A stretch of 64,000 bases of DNA from Diadema antillarum (taxonomy: Eukaryota), in the NCBI RefSeq assembly GCF_040938485.1, contig NW_027271554.1, positions 1,426,001-1,490,000 on the forward strand, written 5' to 3'. Below the pieces are notes generated by a model. That model made no database searches and was not told the DNA's origin. It worked only from the letters and a program-made list of their open reading frames with translations. The position numbers and the translations under genes are program-made. Shown here in pieces: positions 1 to 12,339 of this stretch (positions are counted from its first letter, which is position 1; every line of letters begins with the position of its first letter).

Positions 1-1228
1 ACTTCCCTTGTGGCGTTTTTGTATAGATTATTTTAAGAGTTACACACCTGCGGTATACGGTAAAGGAAATTGTGTCATACTGCACACATGTATAATATGC
101 GACTTGTATTTTTACGTCCAAGTTCCGCGTTCGTAGGTTGTGCTAGTATACGTATACGGTCACTCTTTAATTCTGTAACTCCGGATAACGCCACTGGCTC
201 TCTTGCGCAGGTCTACAGAACACTCTCGTTGGATGTCCGCGCGTTGCTGACTTCAATTCTATCGCTAAGGGACTTATACGAAGTATATCGTATAATACAA
301 TGGACACAGCCTTGATGGTGAGACTGTTGTGATGACTGGATACGGTTGTGATAACTATCACATCCGCAGAATCTCGGCGCACCTTGAAAAGGACAGTCAT
401 CGTGCGAGAGATTATTCGCACTTCTCTTTGCTGTAATCATGGTATAGGAGGCTTATTCGTGTAGTCTCGGGTGACCGTGGCGGCGAATCCATCAGAGCCC
501 ACGGGTTGTATAGAGTCGCACCATTGGCGTGCCTAGTGTATACTGCCCGTCACGATGTCAACGCGCGTCACCAGCCCATCAGATGAGTTGGGATTCGACA
601 TGCACTATTGCATGGCTAAATATCTTCCCGCGCGCGTGCCGGGAAGGGCAATGTGCAAGCAAGGAGGTGACCTCCCTGGTGCAAGGGAGGTTTCATTTTC
701 GGGTCGGGACGAACGAAGGACTTCCGGTTCTCAGCTAAAAATACAGTTCTCACACCCATAAATAATGTAGCCCTGTGTTGATAGAATGGCTCAAAAGCAG
801 AAAGAAAAGAAAAAAAGAACTTTGCTAAATGCAGGACTGATTTAGGTGTTTCGTGTTTGATGTATACGCTCCTAAACCAACTTTCTTTAGTCCAATCTTG
901 ACATTTTTTTTTTTTGGGGGGGGGGGGGAAGCAAAGTCGGCTTAACCTCTTCATAGTTGTCCTTTAACGGAAAATACAGTTTCGTCATTCAGAAGTGACG
1001 TACATCGTACATGTAGTAAATCTGTAAAGTGTGTACTTTGTAATATGGATTGCTTTTGGTTTTGTTTGAAGGATAAGCCCTATAAAGTTTGACTGAATTG
1101 TATGGAATCAAAAAGAAAAATCTATGCCGGAAAAGATATAAAAATTTGCAGGATAGCTTATCAACACTCCCGATACGGACTCTTCGGATCGGGAATTCCC
1201 CTTCATCGACCGCTGCATTACCAGTGTA

Positions 1229-1445
1229 CTGTAAAAGCGGACATTTTCGCGGTGCATTGATTTTCGCGTATTTCACGCTACATTTAGCTAGCGCGAAATC
1301 TAAAACCTGCGAAAATGTCCTAACTCTCTGCACATTCTGAATGGGTTGATAATCTATTGTGCAGCGCGACTTCAGGAACCCGCGAAATTATTTTGAAGCC
1401 ACTCAGTGCGAAAAAATAATCACCCAAAAATATCAACGTTTACAG
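1229..1445. mobile_element. TA-flanked MITE (CTGTAAA...TTTACAG termini; Tc1/mariner-pogo type)
   Basis: TA|CTGTAAA ... TTTACAG|TA; internal ttttcgcg/cgcgaaa motifs shared with the copies at 12.1, 40.8 and 63.5 kb. Confidence 0.7.
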
Positions 1446-2099
1446 TAATGTTCTCATTAGGCTGGCATTCCTCAGGAACGGCAGAACCGAAAAAAAAAAA
1501 TAGTTAAAAGAAAAAAGGAAACCCATGACGATCAAATGGTTTAGCCCCGAGATTTTCCTCCACTGGAGGTTGAGATGAAGGTGGGAGCATTTTGTTTTTG
1601 GCCCAACCACGACCATTGTGACGAACAAGGGCCTATTCCAGGCACATCCCCACCCCCTCCCAACCAAACCCCTCCCACTCCCTCACACACATGCGCCCAC
1701 ACATTACAAACCTTCTGTAGCTCCTGCTATTTACACATAATTGGCAACCAACAGAGTTCGATCTTGGAGAGGTCATTCTCATTCATAAATATAATAATAG
1801 GTGTGTTAACTGTATAGCGCTCACATATTGACACAATTTGCAAGTTATTGTGGTCATACTCTCTGGTAGGCCTCTACAAGTACAGATATTCTGAAAGATC
1901 TCTAATGAATGATCCAAATAAACAGTTTGTCCTACTAGTATTTGGTTTCACTGACTCAAGGCAGATGGAGGAAAGTACTTTAATAGTGAGAGAACCCGAA
2001 CACAAATGACATCGGATTATAATCATCAATTTAAATCTTACATTGAACCCAGCCCGGCATACCATAAAACATTTAGTTGTTAATGTCGTCGTTTCTCTT

Positions 2100-2109
2100 G
2101 GTTGTTGTT

Positions 2110-2140
<31 letters not shown>

Positions 2141-2155
2141 TTTGTTGTTGTTGTT
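2100..2155. repeat. (GTT)n microsatellite
   Basis: Direct reading of the sequence. Confidence 0.95.
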
Positions 2156-3099
2156 ACAGAAAAAGGACGTTGAGCAATAGAAGACAATCTGGTAAAACAT
2201 GCTGGGAGGGGGGGGGGAGTGAAGTGAGCAGACAAAATGCTGCTGTATGCAGATTTTATGGCACCTATACACATTTTATCAAAATTATACTGGAATTTGC
2301 CTGTACAAACTGAGAAGAAGAAACAAACAAAAAAAGAATCAAACAAATAAACATACATACATACATATAAAATAGTCAATGAACACTATTTACGGGACAC
2401 ACGGCAGCAAGAATTCTGGTTATACAGTCATGCCTTGATGATTTCGTCGTTACTACACCGTAAGTCCGTCAACTTTGAACCGGAAGTGAACTTAGAGCTT
2501 CTCTTGCAGTAAAAGCACTCCTTAATGTGCCAACGACTATAGACCGGAAGGATGAGACCCTAATTTAGTCGACTATGCAGGAGACGCATATCACGTGACA
2601 TCCTGTTAGCCAGTAATGTAATAGAATGTGTAATGGTGTCTTCTTTTTTTTTAAGTAGACAAAAGCTGATATAAATGTTATATAATCATTTCGCCCCACA
2701 AAAGGGTCGTCAAGGAGTCATCGGGTTGTACAGTCGCTGTCGTGGTAATTACTTTAGCCTGAGAGAAATTCTGCGACATTTTTGTCAAAAATACATAGAC
2801 CCACATTTTTGTACGTTCACACACATACACACATACACGCGCACACACGCACGTAAATAACCGTCAAGATTTTTATATAATCATTTATCCAGTCATAAAA
2901 ATGCATTCATTTGTATTGTTTAAAACTCTTATATAGTTATTATTAATTTGATACATATTTACACACCCGTGCATGTTATATGTACACCACATCCAACACA
3001 ATGTTGACTCATACAGATTAATATTTCTTTTAATGCTATGTATTTTTGACAATAACATTAACATTGTATTGCGGTATATCTCTTGTGTGTCTATCATGT

Positions 3100-3224
3100 C
3101 TATGTATCCATGTTATACGTGTGCTCTGTATTTGCATGTATCGATGTAACTTGTAAGCATGCAAACAAAACAAATTTCCAGGAACGGACAATAAAATCGA
3201 ATTGAATTGAATTGAATTGAATTG
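3100..3224 (+). mobile_element. Probable 3' tail of a non-LTR retroelement (AATAAA + (AATTG)n)
   Basis: AATAAA at 3190 followed by five AATTG pentamers; short tandem tails are typical of CR1/L2-group elements. Confidence 0.45.
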
Positions 3225-3440
3225 TTATCACACACCTTGAGTTATTGACAGAGCCAAGAGGATAAACTAAGCTTTACTAGGCACCAAGTATGGGGGGAAT
3301 GCACTATATACAAGCACTGCTTTTTAGTATTCCTCCCCATTTCCAGCATTTCCGTGTACTTAAAGTATTCTGTAAACTTATCTTTTATTATTCATTGTGG
3401 TGTAATTCATGTCTTATATTTCTGTAAAATATGTATATGT

Positions 3441-3698
3441 NNNNNNNNNNNNNNNNNNNNNNNNNNNNNNNNNNNNNNNNNNNNNNNNNNNNNNNNNNNN
3501 NNNNNNNNNNNNNNNNNNNNNNNNNNNNNNNNNNNNNNNNNNNNNNNNNNNNNNNNNNNNNNNNNNNNNNNNNNNNNNNNNNNNNNNNNNNNNNNNNNNN
3601 NNNNNNNNNNNNNNNNNNNNNNNNNNNNNNNNNNNNNNNNNNNNNNNNNNNNNNNNNNNNNNNNNNNNNNNNNNNNNNNNNNNNNNNNNNNNNNNNNN
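3441..3698. other. Assembly gap / masked bases (N run)
   Basis: Run of n; other gaps at 38113-38242 and 50535-51142. Confidence 0.99.
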
Positions 3699-3700
3699 TG

Positions 3701-3986
3701 CAGTGGCGTGCCATGGTGATTTTTTCACATCAATTCATACCATGGAGCGTTTAACCCCAATTCTTACGAAATTTCTTTACACTTCATCTACAGTACCTAC
3801 CGGTTTCCCTTCCCACTGTTCAGGGTTAGATTTTTTTTTTTGTCATTTCTTTTAAATAATTTGATCTGTATTGTTTCGTTTTGTTTTATAACCTCTCAGC
3901 TTGTCAGCCGATGAAACCCGGAAGTGGCACCAGAAATATTTTTGGCGCCCCCCCCCCCCCCTTCGGAATTCCTGGATCCGCCCCTG
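3701..3986. mobile_element. Probable MITE with CAGTGGCG...CGCCCCTG termini (hAT-like)
   Basis: Imperfect inverted termini and an internal poly-C run; the TSD cannot be assessed because the left flank is a gap. Confidence 0.45.
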
Positions 3987-5390
3987 GCTAAATTACACAT
4001 AATGATTGATATTGATGATAATAATTGTGATGGCAACAATCAAACAATACTAGGAATTACAACAGTGTCGATAATGACAGGAAGAAGGAGGGGAAGAAAA
4101 AATACATGCCCGTTGAAATTAGACAAATTTCTATATGAGACATTTATGACGAGAAAGCAAAATTAATGATTAGAGCCTAACGTTTTATTGCTTGATTGAT
4201 ATCAAAAAGTTTGCAATGATCAACGCGAGTAAAATCAAGTCGGAATATAGTCATCATCCGTTTGGGAGTATACTAAAGTAGATTTTTGCTGTTACATTTA
4301 TCATAATTTCTATCAGTGGTTTACCACTTATTACTGTATTATTATCGTTGTTCCATTCATTACTATCATTACGATCTTTATCGTTAACTTAATAACGAGG
4401 ATATCCCTATTATATTCTGGACTATTATCAGTATCACCATCATCACTATCATCATCATCATTATCATCATCATCAATATTGTTATCTTTATCATTGCTGT
4501 CGATATAGATTTACTAATTTTCTCAAGAATTATATCTAGTTTTTTCCATATTTTTTGCTGGCATTTATTTACAATAATATCCCGAATACTTGGAAGTTAT
4601 TCAATGAAATCGTTAATAGAATCTATCCTCATGTTGTCACTTCAGATTCATGCGTACCATAGCATACTACATACCCAGCAAAAAACACAAGCTCGAGCTA
4701 ATGACTGAACTGTGTCCAAGACACACATCAATGGTAACACATATTATCATTATGATCACGTGTTTATATCTATCTATTACTTGTTTACCTATAATCTGAA
4801 AATCACAGGGTGAGGTCATTAAGTTTCATAACTGCTCTGCAATGACGCCCCTTATATACACAATACTTTCTTACAAATGACAGGTAGTTTCAGTTTCAGC
4901 TTAGCTAATTTTTTCTTTAAAAAAAAGCAATACTTTGTTGTAACACAAAATGCATTACATGTAGGGAGCAAAAGAATTGAATTGAAAAAGATACAAACAA
5001 ATACCAAGCAAGTATGATAATTACGTATAATGTGCATCGAAGTTAGAAGAGAATTGGGAAATAATATTCGATATGATTGAAGAGTGCGTTATACGTTTAA
5101 GCTATTACACTCGGATGTTAAACGGATATCAAGATGCTTTATTTGGCCCTCACGTATCGCTTTACAAACGACCAGGGAATGAGATTATTACATTTTCCAC
5201 GAAACCTGGTATAGGAAATGAAACTAAACCGGGCATCGTGGCTTCGTTAGCATGGTTAGTGGTAAATCCAATGCTCAGCACCACACGTATATCGTGCGGT
5301 ATTCAGGTATCAGTGTAGACAAAACCTAATGGACTTTTTTTTTTTGTGTGTGTATGTTTGTTTACATAGTGTTACCATTACGAAACAATA

Positions 5391-5643
5391 TATGAAGAGT
5401 TTGTTCGCAAAAACCGATAAGTCCATATTTGCCAAATGGAGAAATTTGCGATTAAAGGTCAAGAAAAATAAAGAGAATAATAAGAACATTTTCGCTTCTT
5501 TTGACCATAACTTCAAAAATGTAGCTTTATATGTACTGACCAATATATCATTTAAAAGGTATTATTTTGTACTTTAAGACAGAGACCTTAGTTCAAAACC
5601 TTCAAAAATGGACTTATCGGTTTTTGCGAACAAACTCTTCATA
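5391..5643. mobile_element. MITE with ~36-bp terminal inverted repeats
   Basis: tatgaagagtttgttcgcaaaaaccgataagtccat (from 5391) is the exact reverse complement of atggacttatcggtttttgcgaacaaactcttcata (ending 5643). Confidence 0.85.
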
Positions 5644-8600
5644 TGTGTGCACTTCATACCTAGGTTAGTACCTGCGAAGCCACGTGAAAAGAATGTGTTC
5701 ACATGAGCAAAATGTACACTCTTAAATCAAAGAACAAAATAGGCCCTATATAATCCCATAAAATATAATCATTCATTTTAGTTTACAATCAATATCATTA
5801 CATTTCAAAACTGCCATATTTGACTATTACAAAATAAAATGCGTTTGCAGATGGATATTGGCACATATTTTCGTAAGTTTTGGATGAATGAAAGAAAAAC
5901 ATTTTATCCGTAGGAGTAATAGAAGTACCAGTAGCAAAATCCTCATCACTAATATTTTCCGTTTCAATTAATTGACCAAAATTAAAGACCCAGAATGGCA
6001 GATTTTTCTTAAAATCTTTTGACCTTATCGGACAGGAGAGTTAATTTGGAATTTCAAAGTTTGATGTGTGTCATGAATATTCATTTATGTAAATTAAGTA
6101 CAGCCTGTTTAGCCCATCACGTGGGGCAGAGGAAGATTCGAGACACGTGGGACTGGCGCTCGAGGGGAGGAATAAAGTTTTGTTGTTCACTTTACAAAAG
6201 TCTGGTATTGTGGTGATTTGTTTGGTGTCCGTGATGATGTGTGACATGTTGAGTTACCATCTTTTCCTCTCCTCCGTAATATGTGCTTTTGTATGAAATG
6301 TGAATGAAATAATGATACTTTAGTGGCAAGCACATTGTAAATTTGATAAGATGATGACGTCATGGCCCCAGAAATTTTCCATTGGCCTTCTCACAAATCG
6401 TCGCTAAATTAATTTTCTTGGAGTATGAAGTCAGACAAGACACTTGCATCCTTTGTGACAGACGTTTGGTTGTGTTTTATAATGACCTGGTAAAATCTTC
6501 AGTGATAAAGATTCGTAGTTTGAAAATGACTTGTGTGATATTCAGTCATTTATATACAAACTACAAAACTATAGTTGGAGAGCTGGGAAGTGGTTTCATC
6601 ATCATCTCAGCTACTTTTCCTTCGTGTTTGGCGAAAGCATGTTAAATCTTAACCCTTTCTTTTTGTATCTCAGGGGGTTTTGTGCCAATCGGCACTCAGA
6701 ACCCACAAAGGGTTACAGTTTCAGAACTTTCCCTAACTCTTTAAGTGACACCTTAATGCCACTTCCTTACTATAATGATATTGTTTTACTCAGGGCGTAT
6801 CCGAGTAAATTTGAACATAATTATGATAGAGTCGTCTGCTAATGACGGAGTGGAAGATAACAATGTCCCGATAGGACCAAACTTTAGATGCCGACAGAAA
6901 CATATACTGCTTCTCGTCAATGGGTCTATCTCTTGTCTTACGATTTATCTCGCAACAAAGAATCGAATACAGGACTAATGATAAGTCAGGAATGTCCAAT
7001 CGTAAAGAGGAAGTGAAAACGACGGTCTTCACAGGACATTGAATACTTGCATGTAGGCCTATCGAACCCTCGTGGTTCGCCCTAGGTGAATATAGCAATA
7101 GTCAGCAAATGGTATCAATCAGGCACATTGTGCCATACATGCTTGAAATGAAATGAAATTCATTTTGGCAAGTGGGTTTTTCATTTATAAAGGGCAACTG
7201 GACGACGCCTTAAAGCACTAATACCATATTTTCAGTTTGAAAAATCTGCGCTGTATGACCTTGCATTCTGCCCTGAGTCCCTGATTTTGTTTAAACATGA
7301 GGCTATAAAAACAACGTTGAAGCCGATAGCTAAATGCGTCAAAAAAAGTGAGACGACCATGTGAGTGACCGTATCTCCAGTTAATGTATTCAATATTTTC
7401 TGTAGACAATAGTTTTGCGGACCATACCATTCAATAAAAGATTCACTGGCATTTGCTCACATTTAGCGTAATAGTGACAGCATCATTTTCATAGGACATA
7501 AATTTTGTTTGCTTGGATGACTTTTACTTTTATGCATTTAAACATCACCATGTACAGCTCAGCCAACAACTTCTGAAACTGTCCGACAATGTTAAACAGT
7601 GTCGGTATATTACCCTTTTGTATATGTCACATCAATCTCCTATCAATAGCTTTGTGTGCATGATTTTTGCACATGTGACTCGTCAGCAGAGTAAGAGTTA
7701 AGCTATTCGACTTCAATAAAATCCACGGAATCTCTGTATCTCTCACGGCCACGCCCATTGGAAGTGTAAGCTCCAAGTCGACGACAGGTGTTAGTACCAA
7801 TAATAGTGGACGAAATAGGATAGAATTAGTGTTGACTAAGATTTCTTTGAAAGATGGCCGATGTCTTTGAGGGCATCATTTGCCATAAGGGCGTCATGTC
7901 AAGAGATGTTTTCATTGACCGTCTCAGTTCTCGCTTTCCCCCCGAGGGAACCTTATTTCTACCTTTCATAGTTTGGGTGAAATAGAAATACTTATCATGA
8001 TACTATGCCATAATCGAATTCATGCAAAGTGTCTGGCATGATATTGTTATCCTTATGGATTCATGTTTTCTGTTACTTCTTGTGTCTCAAACAACTATCA
8101 AAGTATATTATGATAGATGTGAAACTTTGTAGTTTCTAATCATCAGCAGATTATGTTGCCATGGTTGCAGCTTCTAGGATATTTGCGAAAGTGCGCAATA
8201 TTCGGAGCATCGCGGCATTAGAGCGTGTATTTGAATCTAATTTGTATCTAACTCCCGCTAAAACATTACGTCTGTTGGTGTTGGGATAGTAAAATTGGAA
8301 ACAGGGTTGGCAAAAGAGGGGAATCAGGGAGTAAGTTGTCCCGGGTGTAGATAAACACTTAACAAATTTTATAAGAAAGTTGAGGAGTTAAAAGAAAGCA
8401 AATCCCAAATATAAATGGGGATTGACTGGAAGCGTCAATGTTGGCAGAACAAATCAGTGAAAGTTGTTTTTTTTTTTTGGAAAATAAAAGAATTTCACAA
8501 AATTTCATTCTTCATGAAAATTACACATTTCATTGACATATAAGCGTAATACAATTCTCCTTGTTTTCTGAAAGAGGTAAGTCAAGTGTTCTTTCATTAT

Positions 8601-9999
8601 GCTAAAAAAGGGAAGATAAGTATGTTGGATTTTCTTTATATTTTCTTTATAGTGTTGTCCATAATGACGTCACGAAGTGTATCAGTCACCTAATCCAGCG
8701 ATGACGAAACTGAAACTTTGAAAATTCACAACTGTTGAAACAATTGTCTGTTTTTCCTCCTGATGTGTTCTATCAATATTTCTGTTTTCACTCAATCCAC
8801 ATTCCTTGGTTTCCTTGAAGATTTCATCGAGTCCTCTGCGTTTTACCTGCTTCTTTTCTTTAGCAAAAGGAACCCACAAACGTTCGAAAGAACGTAAAAA
8901 AAATCATAAAGGGGCTGCCATTTTGATTTACAAATTACGTATGTAGTTCTGCTCAGTAAACCATCCATCTTCTTCTACATCAAATGGGGGCCACCATGGA
9001 TGATTGACATTCTCGTGTTTTTCAGAACTCAGTTTGAGGGGGATTTTTTTTTTCAGTTAAAAAAAGAAAAAGAAGAAAATGCATTTACCTCTTCGCGATT
9101 GTCAGGATAACTCAATGAATTTCAGAGCAGCTACTTTTAAACGCAGTGGTTAGGGTACAGTTCCCTATGCTAAATTGCTATTCTTGGTCAAGGAAGTCAC
9201 GGTAAGCCATCATTCAATCTGTAGAGTTTTTAGGTGGCAAGTGACGAAAGGCATCAAAGCAAAATTTTCAATGAGAAGATGAAAACGGAAAAAGGAGGAA
9301 GAGAAGGATGAGGAGGACGCAGAAGGAGAAAAGAAGAAAAAGCGAATGGGAGGAGGAGGTGGAGAAACAGACGAATTAAGTCAAGCGATGTCGTTTTGCT
9401 CTTTCAGAAAACGCTGCCATATGTTCTTCTTTCTCAGCAGCATGTGTGCAGGTTGGAAAAGTTAGCTAGGGTCAGCGAGTACTACTAGTACTTTGTTCTT
9501 ATCAAAGTTTGGGCTTGTGGTGGTTTCTTCGCGCACGAAGTGGTCCAATAGATTGTTGTGTCTGCGTGTTTAAGTGTGTGCATTTGAGTGGCAATTGTGT
9601 GTATGTGCGTGAAAGGGGATAGAGGATTGTTAATTCATAACCATATCGCAGCGTTGTAACAAAGCATTATGAAGTATGCCGAGAAAGCATGAGGGCAAAC
9701 TGTCGAAATTGAAGACTATCAACTTGTGATTCTCGTTTCCAGACTAGACTGGCGTAAACATTAATGACCACTGGAAACATTTCGGACGCACAACATAGAT
9801 AAGACACTGACGACTTATTCTTTGAATGTGATTCAACGGCATAATGATGTCAGAGGTAACAATTTGATAAATGATTCCCAAGCCAACCTCCCTTTTAAAA
9901 TAGTCACGTCTGTTGAGAATGATTTTTTTTTTTTTTTTTGATGTTGATTGATGTCTTTTTGGGCTCCTACACTTATCGACATCTAGAGCCGGTGGTGTG

Positions 10000-11059
10000 A
10001 TGAAAGCGACCTCAAATTTGGAAAGGAAAGCGAGTCAAGTGTCTAGTTGTTCATCAGGGGCACGGCCTTAGCTTGAGAAAATAAATCGGCTCGGACCTGA
10101 GCGAAAATTTGAAATTCGACAAGCCACGACGCTTCGTCCACAATGGCTGGGTCTGCAAAGCGCCGAACTCACATTGATGGAGTGCGCTGGCCACGCGCTC
10201 ACACTGCACCGTACACGCATCCCTCTAACAAAGCCGTACGTTCAAACGGCAACGCAGTGTAGAAGAAAGGAGACGAGCGCCATACTTGGCTGCGAGTGTG
10301 CGACCTTCGTCAAACCGGCGTGTCTCGATCGCAGATTTCCTCGCAAAATTTCGAATCTCAGACGTTTTTCAACGAACATTTTCGCACCAGAACGAGCGTA
10401 ATTACAAGGAGCGTAGTGTGTTGACAAGTTTAGAGTCTTAGGGTAAGTCATGCGAAATATTTGCGAGGTTTTTTGTTGGGGTTGTCGACTTATTTCGAGG
10501 CGGCTGGCCATTGACGCACTGCGTCATGGCACGTAGCGAAATTGTGCGTCGAATGTTGTCAAATCGCTCGCGAACATGACAGATGTTGCCTCCAAATTTG
10601 CATAAGAGTTCGTGAATTATTAATATCGCCAGGCAAGCATGCTATCAGGAATGTATTTGCCTTAATCCTTGTTATCCCCAAGCCGTCGTAAATATCCACA
10701 TTAGACCAGATTCACGAATTTTGTTTGGATTGTCGATGGCTTCCGCCGAGTTTTAGACATGCAAACAATACTCGCAGTGCGAGCGAGCGAGCGTAGCGTC
10801 CATGTTGTCTGTGTGCCCGAAGTCATAAACCGGCTGTGCAATGGGCGTGTGTTGTCTGCTGTCGGTTTCGGCAGTAATTCCCCGACAATAAGACTCCAAC
10901 GGCATGAACATGGCTGGCCTCACTTTCTTGTCGAAATGCTTTATTGGTAGCGTGGGGAGGTATTAGGAGCTTGCAGTTTCTCGAGCTTAGAGCCGCTGTG
11001 TGTTTGGTGATGTTGAAATTTGCGCTGGGCAGATGTCGGTGGTGACTCTAGCGCCAGTG
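10000..11059 (+). promoter_or_regulatory. CpG-rich candidate promoter and first exon of the ZNF800-like gene
   Basis: Visible local excess of CG dinucleotides compared with the flanks, ending in a canonical donor (cagtg|gtgagt at 11060). The link to ZNF800 is inferred from position and orientation. Confidence 0.5.
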
Positions 11060-11543
11060 GTGAGTGGGTGCTGACGGGACGTGGCCACCCGGCAGTCATT
11101 TACGCAAATTGTCGTATGTCGTCTGATATGTCTGGCTCTGTCGTTGTAGCTGCTGCATGCCTGTAACCTCGGGTACCCTGCCTTGCGTGTGTCTACGACC
11201 CTCCTGTTTTTTCCTCCCCGAACTCATTTTTGTCTTTGCCAGGGGCTTTCTTTCCCCAGCGATGTACAACATCATGATGTGAGCAGCAGCTTGTACTACA
11301 CGTGTTTGTTTCTCCAAAGCTAAACTGTACTGCTCCTCTTAAATTACCATAGCTTGGTTCCCAGCCAGGCCCAGTACACTTGGCTTGGGCTAGTTCCATA
11401 CACCTTAACAGTTAGTTGTCTGGGTGCTGGGAACACATGACTTAGAATAGAATTGATCCAGGATCACTGGTAGTTCAGTGAGAGCTTGACTGTTGAGCTT
11501 GTTAAAGCTGATAAAGGCAGTTATCCAGCTACACATCTGTCAG

Positions 11544-11633
11544 ACATGCTTGGGACATCGTGGTCGTTGATTTGAAGTGATAATTATTTCATGGAGACAA
11601 TTTAGCAATGAAAATTTACTCACCTGACTCAAG
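11544..11633 (+). other. Candidate non-coding 5'-UTR exon of the ZNF800-like gene
   Basis: Donor caag|gtatgt at 11634; possible acceptors at 11528 or 11543; the frame continuous with the main CDS is blocked by a TGA. Confidence 0.35.
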
Positions 11634-12131
11634 GTATGTAGCCTAGCCTGGTCTGTAAGCCTGCGTCTTATCTAATATCAGTCCATGTGCATTGTTTTGG
11701 GGTTTTTTTTAAGTTTAAAGTTATTAATTTCCAAATCCACAAAACGGAGCAGAGATACAATAATAGCTTACATCCTGGTTCTTGAGCATTGTATCTTGGC
11801 CTTGACGACAAAATTATATGTAATGAAGTTGCCAAGGTAACTGCTAACTTTTGTGGTTTTGTTTACTTTTTTTCCCTCCTAATGTGCACAATTGTGGGTG
11901 CCTGCATGATGGTGTGTGTGTGAATGTGCCTCAAAACTATGTGATGATAAATTGTGTGATGACCTAATTTATGTTGGTATATTGCATGAGGAAGCAAGGC
12001 TGTGGGAACTACATGCTATAATGTTGACAGTAGTGAGATTCTCTTGAATTAATCTCGGCACCAGGATCATGTTCTGCTGTCAAATCGAAAATGTTGTTCT
12101 GCACTAGAGGATGGTGGGCAGGAATATTATA

Positions 12132-12339
12132 CTACAAAACATGATATATTCGCGGCATGAAATTTTCGCTAATCGGAGCCGACAGCCTTTTTTGCGACAT
12201 GAAATTTTCACGAATTGTCACTGACATTCAATGCATATAGTGTAGGTGAGAACTTTTGAGTACATTTTAATTTCGCGATTCTTGGCTCTCGCGAAATTCG
12301 TGAAATCAAAATGCGCGCGAACAGTCCTCTCGTTTATAG
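12132..12339. mobile_element. TA-flanked MITE, same subfamily as 63454-63659
   Basis: TA|CTACAAAA ... TTTATAG|TA; shares gaaattttcgct...ggagccgacagcctttttt with the 63.5-kb copy. Confidence 0.7.

Noticed and set aside
1874-2379. PolyQ/polyN/polyV ORFs
   Set aside because: Translations of the (GTT)n microsatellite.
3354-3855. ORFs of 104-148 aa in several frames
   Set aside because: They are open only because they run through the N-gap 3441-3698.
8682-8879. Minus-strand 65-aa ORF as first exon of a divergent gene
   Set aside because: No convincing splice sites or recognisable domain.
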